The position numbers and the translations under genes were made by a program. From IMG/VR virus record IMGVR_UViG_3300011444_000022, positions 1 through 24,459 of that record: 24,459 nt of DNA, one strand, 5' to 3'. This document shows positions 15,074 through 23,921 of this stretch, piece after piece. Origin of the DNA: a virus. Taxonomy: Duplodnaviria; Caudoviricetes. Numbering within the stretch: the first letter of the stretch is position 1; the number at the start of each line of letters is the position of its first letter. The notes below the pieces were generated by a model. It saw nothing but the letters and a program-made list of their open reading frames with translations. It was not told where the DNA came from and ran no database searches.

Positions 15074-15712
15074 TTACCGGCCCTTCTTCGCCTTGTCCGC
15101 CTTGTCCGCCACGAGCTTCTGCCGCGCTCGGTTGACCGCCGCCAGGTATTTGTCCCAATCCATCCCGTTCTCGTTCTCACCCGCGCGGTCGAGCAGTTTG
15201 AAGTGCTTGGCGAGCATCTCTAGCGCGTTCACCTTGGGTGAGAGCTTGATCTTGTGGAGCCACTCACTACTGCGCTTCCCGTCCGTGCGATCGAGGTTGG
15301 CCCGCGCTACTTCGATGCCGGCAATGACGGCCCGTGCCGCTGGCGCGATGTCCTTGAGCGCCTTCAGGCGTCCCATATTGTCGAAGAAGTCCGCCACGTC
15401 GAAGAACGCTAACCGCCGCAGCTCCTCGAGCACGCGCACAGCACTGAGTTCGGCCGTCGCCTGCTGCCGCCGCGCGCCGGCTTGCACCAGGGCTTGCACC
15501 TTTGCATTTCTCAACAGCAACGAGCCCATCGTGGCCGCCGTGTTGTCCTTCACGTCCTCACCTTTGGCACGCTTATACGCCTGCGTCGCATTGAGGTCGA
15601 TGAGGTATTCGGCCGCGAAGCGGTGCGCCATCTCCTGGCTCACCGCGCGGCTGTCACGCTGAAGCCCGCCGTGCATCTTGGACCGGGCGACGGTCTTCCG
15701 CTGCTGTGCCAT
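15074..15712 (-). CDS. terS: Terminase small subunit
   Basis: RFAAEYLIDLNATQAYKRA...LL....V...RVLEELRRLAF...K..ALEMLAKH pattern; abuts terL. Confidence 0.92.
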   Translation of the reverse strand: MAQQRKTVARSKMHGGLQRDSRAVSQEMAHRFAAEYLIDLNATQAYKRAKGEDVKDNTAATMGSLLLRNAKVQALVQAGARRQQATAELSAVRVLEELRRLAFFDVADFFDNMGRLKALKDIAPAARAVIAGIEVARANLDRTDGKRSSEWLHKIKLSPKVNALEMLAKHFKLLDRAGENENGMDWDKYLAAVNRARQKLVADKADKAKKGR

Positions 15713-15716
15713 GCTT

Positions 15717-15911
15717 TTAGAAGAATAGCGCGATCACGAGCCGGCGCCCGCACTCCGCTACAGCCGCGGAGCCGAGCACCTTTCCCGCCATCCTGACGCA
15801 GTCCACGCACCAGCGGCCCCAGATTATGCCAGCATCGCAGTTGGCGCAGCGTCTCCATCGTCCGTATCGTTGGTAGGGGTCGTGACGGCTCATCGCGGGT
15901 GATGTGGGCAT
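15717..15911 (-). CDS. Small Cys-rich protein (CANC...CVDC)
   Basis: 3' part of track ORF 15717..16145; TAATG overlap with the upstream ORF. Confidence 0.5.
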   Translation of the reverse strand: MPTSPAMSRHDPYQRYGRWRRCANCDAGIIWGRWCVDCVRMAGKVLGSAAVAECGRRLVIALFF

Positions 15912-16120
15912 TACCGGCCTTTCACGCTTCGGAGCGCCTCCCTGAGCGGACTCGAGCACACCGGGCGAGCAGGCCCGTCGCTGATCTTTACAGGCGCTGT
16001 ATAGCGTCTCTTCAGCGTCACCCGCGGGCGTTGCACGGGTGTTGAGGTGTTGAGGACCGGGAGCGGGTCTTCGGCCCAGCGGTCGTAGTGCATCCCAAGG
16101 TCGTTCACAGCTTCCGCCAC
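15911..16120 (-). CDS. Hypothetical protein
   Basis: Fills the gap on the coding strand; no motif. Confidence 0.4.
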   Translation of the reverse strand: MAEAVNDLGMHYDRWAEDPLPVLNTSTPVQRPRVTLKRRYTAPVKISDGPARPVCSSPLREALRSVKGR

Positions 16121-16320
16121 GGCTCACCGATGGGACCGAACTCAAGCCGACTGCCAGACCTAATCTCGTTGCTATGACTCGCGTGAGCGGCCCCGATGAA
16201 CTCCTCCGCGCTCATGGCCCCATATTCCTCCGCGCTCGTGGCCCCATATTCCTCCACAGTTCGACGGATGTTCCGATGTCCAGCGCCGTCGTCTGTCACT
16301 ACGTAGACCGTGCCTCGCAT
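16105..16320 (-). CDS. Hypothetical protein with EEYGA(T/M)SA repeats
   Basis: AAGGA SD before MRGTVYVV; 3' part of track ORF 16105..16641. Confidence 0.55.
   Translation of the reverse strand: MRGTVYVVTDDGAGHRNIRRTVEEYGATSAEEYGAMSAEEFIGAAHASHSNEIRSGSRLEFGPIGEPWRKL
16202..16255. repeat. 24-bp tandem duplication (about 2.3 copies)
   Basis: Minus strand reads ggaggaatatggggcca(c/t)gagcgc twice, then ggagga. Confidence 0.85.
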
Positions 16321-16328
16321 GGCTTTCC

Positions 16329-16541
16329 TTACCTTTCTTCCGCTGCGCACCCTGAACCCGTGTCGTTCCGTTGCCTGGCTCGACACTCGGGACACGTGTA
16401 GGTTTCCCACAGGTGCCCGTTCTTCACCCAACGCTTCGTCCGCTTCGCTTTCGCCTTCTCCTGCACGATGGGCTCGGTGTCGGTGTCCCCGTAGACCAGC
16501 GTCGCCATGCAGCCGAAAGGGAGTGCGAGCGTCTCCGTCAT
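16329..16541 (-). CDS. Hypothetical protein (CPEC motif)
   Basis: ATGA overlap at 16538-16541 with GAGGA upstream. Confidence 0.55.
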   Translation of the reverse strand: MTETLALPFGCMATLVYGDTDTEPIVQEKAKAKRTKRWVKNGHLWETYTCPECRARQRNDTGSGCAAEER

Positions 16542-16954
16542 TCCGCTTCCTCGCCGCTCCGCTCGATCGCTTGCCCGTGGTAGCGCCAGCACCCGTGTTG
16601 GATGCGCGCCGGGTCAAAGACTTCGCCGGTAATCGCCTCAATGAGGTTCACGAGTTCGTGCCGCTTACGCAGGTAGCGCACGAAGCAGAACCGACCACGG
16701 CTGTGCGAGACGTCCGAGCGGAGCCAGCAGAACCAGCGCGGGTCGTCTGACGGCACGCCGCGCTCGTCGTAGCCGGAGAGCTCGAGGCCGACATCGTCGG
16801 TGCTCGTGAACGCCTGTCGGCTGTCACCGAGCCACAGCACGAAGTTCGGGCTCGATGTGTCGTGCTTCCACTGTTTGCGGAAGCCGAGCTCCTGGAGCCA
16901 GTCCGCCGTGATCAGCCACGAGGGAACCGGGGCGGTGGTTTTCTGTGTCATCAC
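16538..16954 (-). CDS. Hypothetical phage protein
   Basis: Coupled on both sides; LITADWLQELGF...HELVNLIEAITG pattern. Confidence 0.75.
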   Translation of the reverse strand: MMTQKTTAPVPSWLITADWLQELGFRKQWKHDTSSPNFVLWLGDSRQAFTSTDDVGLELSGYDERGVPSDDPRWFCWLRSDVSHSRGRFCFVRYLRKRHELVNLIEAITGEVFDPARIQHGCWRYHGQAIERSGEEAE

Positions 16955-17208
16955 TCCGCCTCCACCGTCTCAAGGAGGGTCCACACGAATTTGGGCGTGG
17001 GCAGGACCGAGCCGTTGACATCGAACTTGTCCCGCCACTGGAATGACCCGTTGGCCGGCACGGTGCCGCTCTTTGGGTGCCAGCCGCCGACGTGTTCCAT
17101 GATGAGCACAGGCGACTTGCGAAGGTTCGCGCGCGCTTGGGCCGCAGCGCGGACCTCCTCAAGGACGCGTCCGGTGCCGGCGTTATACAGACCAGGATCG
17201 TCTGCCAT
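16951..17208 (-). CDS. Hypothetical protein
   Basis: Stop overlaps the next start. Confidence 0.55.
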   Translation of the reverse strand: MADDPGLYNAGTGRVLEEVRAAAQARANLRKSPVLIMEHVGGWHPKSGTVPANGSFQWRDKFDVNGSVLPTPKFVWTLLETVEAE

Positions 17209-17238
17209 AAAGGACTACTTCCGGTAGTGGGGGTAAGT

Positions 17239-17487
17239 CTACACCCTAGCAAGCGGCGCGAAGTCGACGCAATCTGGCGTGGAGCACCGACCGGCGCCCT
17301 TGAACTCCGTCAGGTTCACGTAGGCGATCGTCCCGCCGCAGGTTGGACACGGGACCGTGCCGCGGTTCGGATAGGGCTTCTGGTTGGCGGACACGTCGGC
17401 GTCAATCGCATCCACGGCCGCGAAGAGGCGCGCGATGGCGGCGACGTTCTCCTCATCGTCGCGCCGTCGTGTGCTCCGCGCGTTCAT
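17239..17487 (-). CDS. Small Zn-binding protein (CPTCGG...C.TPDC)
   Basis: Four cysteines; ATGA overlap. Confidence 0.65.
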   Translation of the reverse strand: MNARSTRRRDDEENVAAIARLFAAVDAIDADVSANQKPYPNRGTVPCPTCGGTIAYVNLTEFKGAGRCSTPDCVDFAPLARV

Positions 17488-17717
17488 TGGGTGACTCCGC
17501 GATTGTGCCGCGGTCGAGTATCAACAGCGCACCAACTGCGCGGATCGTCCGCTGTGGGCCATGTGAAGGCGTCTGCTTGCCCTCGCAGCACGCGCCACGC
17601 CGCACGGACGCGCCAGATGAACGGACCGTCGAGCGGAGGCGCTGATACCCATACGCCGGGAACAATCTGTCTCTGGCAATCCCACGCTAACAATTCGCGC
17701 AACGTATATATCATCAC
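17484..17717 (-). CDS. Hypothetical phage protein
   Basis: WV.APP...RVRAAWRVLRGQADAFTW pattern; coupled to neighbours. Confidence 0.7.
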   Translation of the reverse strand: MMIYTLRELLAWDCQRQIVPGVWVSAPPLDGPFIWRVRAAWRVLRGQADAFTWPTADDPRSWCAVDTRPRHNRGVTQ

Positions 17718-17908
17718 CGGCCGTCCTTCCTCTCCACGATCCCTGCGAGACGCCTTGTGGGCCTCGGCACCTTGCCGCTCACGCGCAGCACGCCAGACTC
17801 CCGATCCGCTGCGGCCTGGTAGACCGCTTCGGCCACGAGGACTCGGCGGCTGTAGTCGGTCAGATCAATGAACTCGTCGGCCTCTGGTCGACGCCACCAC
17901 GGTTTCAC
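17714..17908 (-). CDS. Hypothetical protein
   Basis: GTGA overlap with the ATPase stop gives MKPWWRRPEADEF... Confidence 0.55.
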   Translation of the reverse strand: MKPWWRRPEADEFIDLTDYSRRVLVAEAVYQAAADRESGVLRVSGKVPRPTRRLAGIVERKDGR

Positions 17909-19602
17909 TGCTGTGCTCCCGCGGTCAGCGCGTAGCCGCCACCAGTCTGCCGCACGACCCCCATCTGCACGAGCCACCGCACGTTGCCGCGGAACGTGCC
18001 GCCGTTGGGATGGACATGGAGCGCGGCGGCGAGATCTTCCAAAGTGACACGTCCACCGCGCCTGGCGCCCTCGCTGTCGAGCACCTCGAGGATCGCACGC
18101 TGCTGATCTTTCTTGGTGGGGATGCCGTCAACGCCGCGCGAGTAGGTGCCATTCGCGGTGCACTCGCCACAGGTCAGGTCGTCGTTGAGATACCCACCTT
18201 CGATGAGCGTCCGAAGCTGCCCGCGGTAGGTGCCCCCGTTGGGATGCAGCCCCAGCCAGCGCGCGATGCTGATGGTGTCCACATCGATACCTCGCCGTTC
18301 GAGTTCGTTGGCGACGTTCACGATGCGCTGTAACGTGGCCGGGAGTGCGTCGCTGCTGGCAGCAGGGCGCACGTGGGGCATGGGCGGTGTCCCGGAAGGA
18401 GCCACCGTTGTTGCACCCTTCACGGCCCTACTGCCAGCCGGCGACAGTGGCGCAGGAGGCTTCGTAGTGCCGACTGCACCAACCTTGCACGCGAGGAGCG
18501 CATCGAGCCGCTTCTCCATCCCGTGCCACGCGTCCACCCAACGATCGAGCGCCGAGATGCCACGCGCGACGGTGTCGAGATCTACCATCGCTTCAGCGAG
18601 CACGTTCCGTTCGTGTTCGAGTAGCACCGGCACCTCGACGCGCTCGATCGTATGACCGATCTGCGGCGCCGTCTCCAATTGCTTCACGCGGAGCTTGTAA
18701 AGGTGATTCTCCTTCTGGAGGTCTGCCATCGACTTCTCGCGCGCTTCGGCTTCTGCCGGCAGCGAGGAGAGCTTCTCGAGCGCCGCGCGGACTTTGGCGG
18801 TCGGTGGCGGCGCCGGCGGGGACGCCTGCCCTGGCTCGGGGTGTGTCGTCGTCACCGGACCTACAGCGACTAGCTGATACGTGAGGTCGTCGAGCAACTT
18901 GAATGCGCGCCCCGTCGCGTAGAACTGACCTGGCTTAAGGTTGCGGATGATGGGATATGACTGCTTGGCGATTCCAAGCTCCTCCGCCGCGCGCTGCACG
19001 TCGATGTCGAGATTGGTCCCACCGACCAACTTGTTCCCGAGCTCCGCCGCCGCGTCCTTCTTGAACTTGGCGAGCCGCTGTGTGGCCGCGATGAGGCAGA
19101 AGCCGCGCTTCCTGCCGCGCGTCGACAACGCCTCAATAGCGCTCGTAGAGGTCGCGTCCCCTCGCTCGGGGCAGTAGTTATGGATTTCGTCGATCACCAC
19201 GAGCGCCGGATGCCAGAGTTCGCGCGGGCTCTCGACAAGGGCCATGACGAAGTTCTTGACGAAGAGCCTCCGGTCGTCTGGGTTCAGTTCGTAGATGTCG
19301 AGGATCGCCGAGACGTTCAGCCGTAACAGTTCCTCGGCTAACAGTTTCGCGTAGCGGGGACTGGCGACGACGTCGCCGCCCTTGGGCGCCGCGAGCACGT
19401 AATCGAACTTCTCCCTGAGCGTGTGGTATTCCCCCTCGGGGTCGATGACGAGGTGCTGCACCTGGCCGTGCGTCTGTTCAAGGATGCGGCGGATCGTGCG
19501 GGTCTTGCCTTGCCCGCTTGAGGCTTGGACGAGCATCCGCGATGGGATCAGCAGATCTAGGTCGCAGGCGAGTCCGGGTCCGATCTCGAAGGTTCGGCTC
19601 AT
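17905..19602 (-). CDS. HerA/FtsK-superfamily ATPase (DUF87-like) with C-terminal duplicated HTH-like modules
   Basis: Walker A ASSGQGKT, IDPEGEY, Walker B LVVIDEIH, arginine finger RGRKRG and ATQR. Confidence 0.9.
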   Translation of the reverse strand: MSRTFEIGPGLACDLDLLIPSRMLVQASSGQGKTRTIRRILEQTHGQVQHLVIDPEGEYHTLREKFDYVLAAPKGGDVVASPRYAKLLAEELLRLNVSAILDIYELNPDDRRLFVKNFVMALVESPRELWHPALVVIDEIHNYCPERGDATSTSAIEALSTRGRKRGFCLIAATQRLAKFKKDAAAELGNKLVGGTNLDIDVQRAAEELGIAKQSYPIIRNLKPGQFYATGRAFKLLDDLTYQLVAVGPVTTTHPEPGQASPPAPPPTAKVRAALEKLSSLPAEAEAREKSMADLQKENHLYKLRVKQLETAPQIGHTIERVEVPVLLEHERNVLAEAMVDLDTVARGISALDRWVDAWHGMEKRLDALLACKVGAVGTTKPPAPLSPAGSRAVKGATTVAPSGTPPMPHVRPAASSDALPATLQRIVNVANELERRGIDVDTISIARWLGLHPNGGTYRGQLRTLIEGGYLNDDLTCGECTANGTYSRGVDGIPTKKDQQRAILEVLDSEGARRGGRVTLEDLAAALHVHPNGGTFRGNVRWLVQMGVVRQTGGGYALTAGAQQ

Positions 19603-19859
19603 GGCTTTAGCCGCTTCATGACGATATGCACGGTGTCGGCATCGATCTGCTGGAGATCAGCGATGCGGTAGTCCCCGGCTGTTTCATTGACGTCGTGGCC
19701 CGTTCGCAGTTTCGTGCCTACCGTCAGGACGAACTCTGTGACTACAGGCGCGACAAACCAGTTCCTGAACGTGGCCGGTAACGGCGGATTTGTCTGGCAG
19801 TCACACGTCCCTTTGACTGGAATCTGCTTCCCGCACCACGGGCAGGCCCGCCTACTCAT
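19599..19859 (-). CDS. Hypothetical protein with N-terminal Cys cluster
   Basis: CPWCGK...CDC; ATGA overlaps. Confidence 0.6.
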   Translation of the reverse strand: MSRRACPWCGKQIPVKGTCDCQTNPPLPATFRNWFVAPVVTEFVLTVGTKLRTGHDVNETAGDYRIADLQQIDADTVHIVMKRLKP

Positions 19860-20065
19860 TGCGGCGTCTCCGATATCGGCGGTTTGAGCATCGCAAAGGC
19901 TGCGGCATTGGCGGGCTCATAGAGCAGTTCCACGCAGCCGATGAGATCCTTCAACACGTCAGCCTGCATCAGCGCGGACTCGCCATGAAACGCCGCGCTC
20001 ACATCTATGCGAGCGAGTTCGCCGCTCTCGTCGTCGTAATACACCGTGAGCATCCGTCGTTTCAT
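19856..20065 (-). CDS. Hypothetical protein
   Basis: GGAGG SD and ATGA overlap give MKRRMLTVYYDD... Confidence 0.65.
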   Translation of the reverse strand: MKRRMLTVYYDDESGELARIDVSAAFHGESALMQADVLKDLIGCVELLYEPANAAAFAMLKPPISETPQ

Positions 20066-20511
20066 CGCGTCACCTCCAAGACGACCCGCGGTTTCACCTT
20101 CGCGGGCTCCTTGCCCTTCTCCACCATGTGCCGGTTCCACGCAAAGCCCGCAATCTGCCGAATGTCGGTGACCTCATCGCCCTTGGCGTTCACCGGGATG
20201 AGCGCGTGCAGATCGAGATAATTCGCTTCGCGCGCCGAGCAACTGATCACGTTGTGGACGTCCGCGACACGGCCGGGCGCCTGCGAGCGTCGGTCCATGT
20301 GATGCCGGAAGATCTTGGTGTCAGGCCCGCCGCGCTTCGAGAGCTGCCGGCCGGAGACAACCGAGATCAGCCTGTCGCGCGCGTCGACCGCTTCATACGC
20401 CTTGTCGATCGAGGCGCGCTTCGCCTTCTGCTTCGCGTCCTTCGCCAGGGCGACGGGTTTGCCCTTCGGGATGCCGCCGTGCCGCGCGATGGAATCCCAA
20501 TCGATGCTCAC
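20062..20511 (-). CDS. Degenerate HNH-like protein
   Basis: VDARD...FRHHMDRRSQ.....HNVISCS....LH follows HNH spacing but lacks the Zn cysteines. Confidence 0.6.
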   Translation of the reverse strand: MSIDWDSIARHGGIPKGKPVALAKDAKQKAKRASIDKAYEAVDARDRLISVVSGRQLSKRGGPDTKIFRHHMDRRSQAPGRVADVHNVISCSAREANYLDLHALIPVNAKGDEVTDIRQIAGFAWNRHMVEKGKEPAKVKPRVVLEVTR

Positions 20512-20741
20512 CGCGACGAGTCCTGTGGCGCGGGCGGCGCCGACGCTGGTGCTGTAGTGGTCGGGCCGAGTCCAGGGACGCTGCGACCAAACCAGGACTC
20601 GCGCGTGCAGACGGCTCGCTCGTAGGCTTGGAGCGCGTCCGCGAGATAGCGCGCAAGGATGAAGTCCGGCGTGTTGCTGCCGTTCTCGACGCTGTGCTTA
20701 TTGATCAACTGCTCGAGCTCTTGTAGAAACGTCTCGCCCAT
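20508..20741 (-). CDS. Conserved small phage protein (ENGSNTPDFILA family)
   Basis: ELEQLINKHSVENGSNTPDFILARYL motif, recalled as widespread in phages; GGAGG SD. Confidence 0.75.
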   Translation of the reverse strand: MGETFLQELEQLINKHSVENGSNTPDFILARYLADALQAYERAVCTRESWFGRSVPGLGPTTTAPASAPPAPQDSSR

Positions 20742-20833
20742 CACATCCCTCCATGCAGCACAAGTAGCCACCCGATACACGTCCCGGCGATCAGGCCGAG
20801 AAACACGCACTCAACGATGTCGTCGATGTTCAT
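20741..20833 (-). CDS. 30-aa single-TM microprotein (not in ORF track)
   Basis: [30 protein letters not shown]; ATGA overlap upstream and TGATG overlap downstream. Confidence 0.55.
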   Translation of the reverse strand: MNIDDIVECVFLGLIAGTCIGWLLVLHGGM

Positions 20834-21420
20834 ACGGTGAGTCCTTCCTCACGCGCAGCCCAGAGCCGCGCGTCGAGCTTATTGCTCTTGTGACAATTCG
20901 AGTGCGCCGTCAACACGCGTAGGTTCCACGGCACGTGCAGCCCGCACACACTTGGATTCGTCAGCGGCACGATGTGATCGACGTGGTGCTTGATGCCGGT
21001 ATCCCGCGTGCGCTGCCGTGCCCATCGGTAGAATCCAAGGAGTGCGCGTTTATTTACCCACGGCGGCGTAGCTTGCTTCTGCCTCGCGATGCGCAACATC
21101 CGGTCGGCGTTATCCTTCGCAGGATTGCGACGCTTCCACGCTTGATGCTGAGCCCTGATTCGTTCGCGTCGCTTCGCGCGCCACGTCGCTAAGTAGTCGT
21201 TGCGCGTGGCGAACCGCTTAGGATTCCGCGGGACGAGGTGTTCAGTCGCCAGACGACTTGCGATCTCACGAAGGAGACACCCGCAACTACGGGTTGCGTT
21301 GGCGTTTACGTGCGACACCCGAACCTCTACGGTGTTCCCGCAGTCACAGCGATAGCGGCCGCGGCGGCGACCGCTGCCGTCACTTGGCATCTCTGCGAGA
21401 AAGGTGAGGCGGTTCGTCAT
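20830..21420 (-). CDS. HNH endonuclease (homing-type)
   Basis: N-terminal CDCGN...SCGC and C-terminal HHVDHIVPL...[24 protein letters not shown]. Confidence 0.88.
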   Translation of the reverse strand: MTNRLTFLAEMPSDGSGRRRGRYRCDCGNTVEVRVSHVNANATRSCGCLLREIASRLATEHLVPRNPKRFATRNDYLATWRAKRRERIRAQHQAWKRRNPAKDNADRMLRIARQKQATPPWVNKRALLGFYRWARQRTRDTGIKHHVDHIVPLTNPSVCGLHVPWNLRVLTAHSNCHKSNKLDARLWAAREEGLTV

Positions 21421-22451
21421 CGTGCGACGACTCCGGCGAAGTTCTCTGTATCAGATGGCCAGGCGCGCGGATCATCACCCCAACTCGTCCAGCCGTCAGA
21501 ACGCCGTCGCGCGAACAGTTCAAGGTAGGGTCCGTCGTAGAGCGTCTCAATGAGCTTCCGGAATGACTCCGGCTTGGCGGAGTGCTCGCCCTCGGGCCGC
21601 TCCGTCACGACACTGTCCGGCATCGGCGTGGGCCGATCTGGCGTGCAACTGCCGCGCGTGGCAATCAGGAGATGCTCGTGCCGCACGCTCACGTAGTTAC
21701 CGAAGTTGTGGCGCACCTTGTCCCAGACGATCCCGGTCTTCGGGGTGAAGCCCCAGGCTTCGATGACCTCACGCGGCCCTGGGTTCTCGTAGAGCATCGG
21801 CGCCGTCACCCAGAGGAAGAGCACGGCGTTGACCGACGTGTGCGCCTGCACTGGCAACTTACAAAGATCCTCGATCGTCATCCCGCGGTAGTGCTCCTGC
21901 GCGCCGAAACCCGATGGCGGCCGGTTGCCGTAGATCCACGGCGGGTCGGCGTAGAGCACGCGGTAGACGCCTTCAAGCACCGCTTGGCCCTCAAGGACCT
22001 TCCGGCGCTGCATCTGCCGGCCGGCCCGCTGTGTTTCGTGAGCCGACAGATCCTCATGAACCGCCTTCTCGAGTGCCTCCTGCGCCAGGTCGTCGGAGAG
22101 GTTGACGACCGCGGCGTGGTGGCTGAAGCTCGCCCCGTCTACGCGCGTAGATGGGGGGAATTTTTTGGCGATGTAGCGATATTGCCGCACCGTCGCATCC
22201 TTGACGATGTCTGGCCCCATCATCGCCTCGAGTTTCGGCTTCCACTCCTCCCGCCCCTCGCCGTAAGCAATCCAGTCGGCGAGCCACCAGCCCGACGCCT
22301 TGTGGGCGTTGCGGATGAACACGCCGACCCGTTCGTATTCCTCGAACGAGGGACGCCCCTTCACGCTCATGCCCTTTTCGCCGAGCGTGAAGGGGCCGAT
22401 GACCAGCACGTCGAGCAGGGGTCCGACTTTATGGAGTTGCCGCGGCAACAC
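21417..22451 (-). CDS. MT-A70 family N6-adenine methyltransferase with N-terminal LmbU-like domain
   Basis: YADPPW, LFLWVT, HSAKP and ELFAR...GWTSWG; N-terminal [11 protein letters not shown]...SFSHHAAV. Confidence 0.9.
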   Translation of the reverse strand: MLPRQLHKVGPLLDVLVIGPFTLGEKGMSVKGRPSFEEYERVGVFIRNAHKASGWWLADWIAYGEGREEWKPKLEAMMGPDIVKDATVRQYRYIAKKFPPSTRVDGASFSHHAAVVNLSDDLAQEALEKAVHEDLSAHETQRAGRQMQRRKVLEGQAVLEGVYRVLYADPPWIYGNRPPSGFGAQEHYRGMTIEDLCKLPVQAHTSVNAVLFLWVTAPMLYENPGPREVIEAWGFTPKTGIVWDKVRHNFGNYVSVRHEHLLIATRGSCTPDRPTPMPDSVVTERPEGEHSAKPESFRKLIETLYDGPYLELFARRRSDGWTSWGDDPRAWPSDTENFAGVVAR

Positions 22452-22638
22452 TCCCCCGTTTCCTGATCCGGCGACGCCAGGCGCGTCCCTGATCCTTTGG
22501 TAAGAAACTATGCGACCGAATGTAGCCGTTCGCCGTCACGCAGATGGGCGCGTGACACCCGGGACAGATCTCGGCGTGCCACGTGCACTCGCCGCGCGCA
22601 ACCACCTTCATGCCTGTCCCTGGGCAGCGATTACCCAT
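22429..22638 (-). CDS. Small Cys/His-rich protein
   Basis: CPGTG...CPGC...IRSH; ATG overlaps the end of the upstream gene. Confidence 0.5.
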   Translation of the reverse strand: MGNRCPGTGMKVVARGECTWHAEICPGCHAPICVTANGYIRSHSFLPKDQGRAWRRRIRKRGSVAAATP

Positions 22639-23134
22639 TGACGATCGCGTCCTCGCGGTCCATTGCGTCGATGTCGCCGTCGCCGTTGTCGATCTCGTCG
22701 ATGATGGTCTGCGTGGCCTCATCCTCCGAAGCGCCGGAGCCCTCATCGAGCAGCCGCTTGCGGAGCTTCTCTTCGCCCGGCACGCGCATCAGTTCGATCC
22801 CGTGCGCCTTCGCCACTGTGACGCTGTCGCGCTTCATCTGGTTGATGGCGTTGTTGACGAGCCCCTTGAGTGTGGCCGCGTCGGTGTTCTGGCGGTGCAT
22901 GATGTCCGCCATCGAGTCCATGATCTTCAGCATCGGCGCCGTGAGATTCGACATGTCCTCCATGCCGGGCAGGGGCGACGTCTTCGGTCGCTTGGGCGCC
23001 GGTGGCACCTTGCGTTTCCGGATTGAGCCGGCGCCGAGCACGCGCGCGACCTCTTTGCGGGATTGCTTCTTGCCTCGCGCGGGCGGTGTAAACCGCTTCG
23101 CCGGGCCCTTCTTCTGTTTCGCCTTCTTCGCCAT
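22631..23134 (-). CDS. Hypothetical protein with basic N-tail and acidic C-tail
   Basis: GGAGGA SD; MAKKAKQKK...LPGMED...helical core. Confidence 0.75.
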   Translation of the reverse strand: MAKKAKQKKGPAKRFTPPARGKKQSRKEVARVLGAGSIRKRKVPPAPKRPKTSPLPGMEDMSNLTAPMLKIMDSMADIMHRQNTDAATLKGLVNNAINQMKRDSVTVAKAHGIELMRVPGEEKLRKRLLDEGSGASEDEATQTIIDEIDNGDGDIDAMDREDAIVNG

Positions 23135-23149
23135 ATAGACTGTCCTCCG

Positions 23150-23248
23150 CTACAACGGGCGGTCGAAATACGTGCGGCGACTCCGCGCCGATCTCGCCCA
23201 CCCCACACACACGATGACGAGCGCCACGAGCAGCAGCGTGATAATCAT
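23150..23248 (-). CDS. 32-aa single-TM microprotein (not in ORF track)
   Basis: MIITLLLVALVIVCVGWARSARSRRTYFDRPL; ATGA overlap with the resolvase stop; AAGGGGA upstream. Confidence 0.55.
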   Translation of the reverse strand: MIITLLLVALVIVCVGWARSARSRRTYFDRPL

Positions 23249-23733
23249 CGAATCCCCTTACGCACGCGCCGGCCGTATTCCGCGATCAGCAGCGCGTCGG
23301 CGATCGCGTGCGTGATCGTTACCTTCGGAAACAGTTGTTGGGCGCGGGCCTTTGAAATGTTCTTGCGTTCGGTTTGCGCCGAGTTCTTCGGATAGACGAC
23401 GCCCATGATCGCCTGCCACTTCCGTGGCACGACTTGGTCGAACGGGATGTGGGCAGCGGTCAGCGCCATGAGCAACGCGCCGTAACCTTTCCCGAAGGTG
23501 AAGGCAGACGTCGCTCCCATCGATCGCCCTGGAGCCGCGAAGGCGTTTACCTGCTCGATCATCGCAGTCGTTTGGACAAACTCGGTGCCGCTGTAATCGG
23601 TCATCGTGTCGACGATGTCGCGCATGGTCATCGTCGCGAGTTTGAAGGTCACCGGCGTCGGCGCGATGTGTTGTTCGTCTGCGAGCACCGCGATACCGCC
23701 AGACGCCCCTGGGTCGATGCCGATGTAGATCAC
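23245..23733 (-). CDS. RuvC-like Holliday junction resolvase (phage type)
   Basis: YIGIDPGASGG, IEQV, SAFTFG.GYG, V.PRKWQ and ADALLIAEYG. Confidence 0.9.
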   Translation of the reverse strand: MIYIGIDPGASGGIAVLADEQHIAPTPVTFKLATMTMRDIVDTMTDYSGTEFVQTTAMIEQVNAFAAPGRSMGATSAFTFGKGYGALLMALTAAHIPFDQVVPRKWQAIMGVVYPKNSAQTERKNISKARAQQLFPKVTITHAIADALLIAEYGRRVRKGIR

Positions 23734-23921
23734 GCTTGCCTCGGCCGCCTAACCCGAATGTCGGTGTTCCACTTCGAGTGATGGACGTAGATGCAGCGCT
23801 CGCCCACGACAAGGCGGATCGCCGCTGTGCCCGCGCTGTTGCCCTCGACTACACCCTGTCGCCAGATGTTGCCGTCATGCACCCACACAGTGCGGCCTGG
23901 CGAGAGCGTCGGCGTGCTCAC
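23730..23921 (-). CDS. Small beta-rich hypothetical protein
   Basis: GTGA overlaps on both sides give MSTPTLSPGRTVWVHDG... Confidence 0.55.
   Translation of the reverse strand: MSTPTLSPGRTVWVHDGNIWRQGVVEGNSAGTAAIRLVVGERCIYVHHSKWNTDIRVRRPRQA

Noticed and set aside
17215-17230. Small inverted repeat ACTAC-N5-GTAGT upstream of ORF 16951..17208
   Set aside because: Only a 5-bp stem with no U-tract; expected by chance.
17905-22451. HerA + HNH + MTase as a bacterial defence or restriction-modification island
   Set aside because: The genes are separated by typical small phage ORFs in one coupled phage operon, with no recognisable REase, Sir2 or NurA partner.
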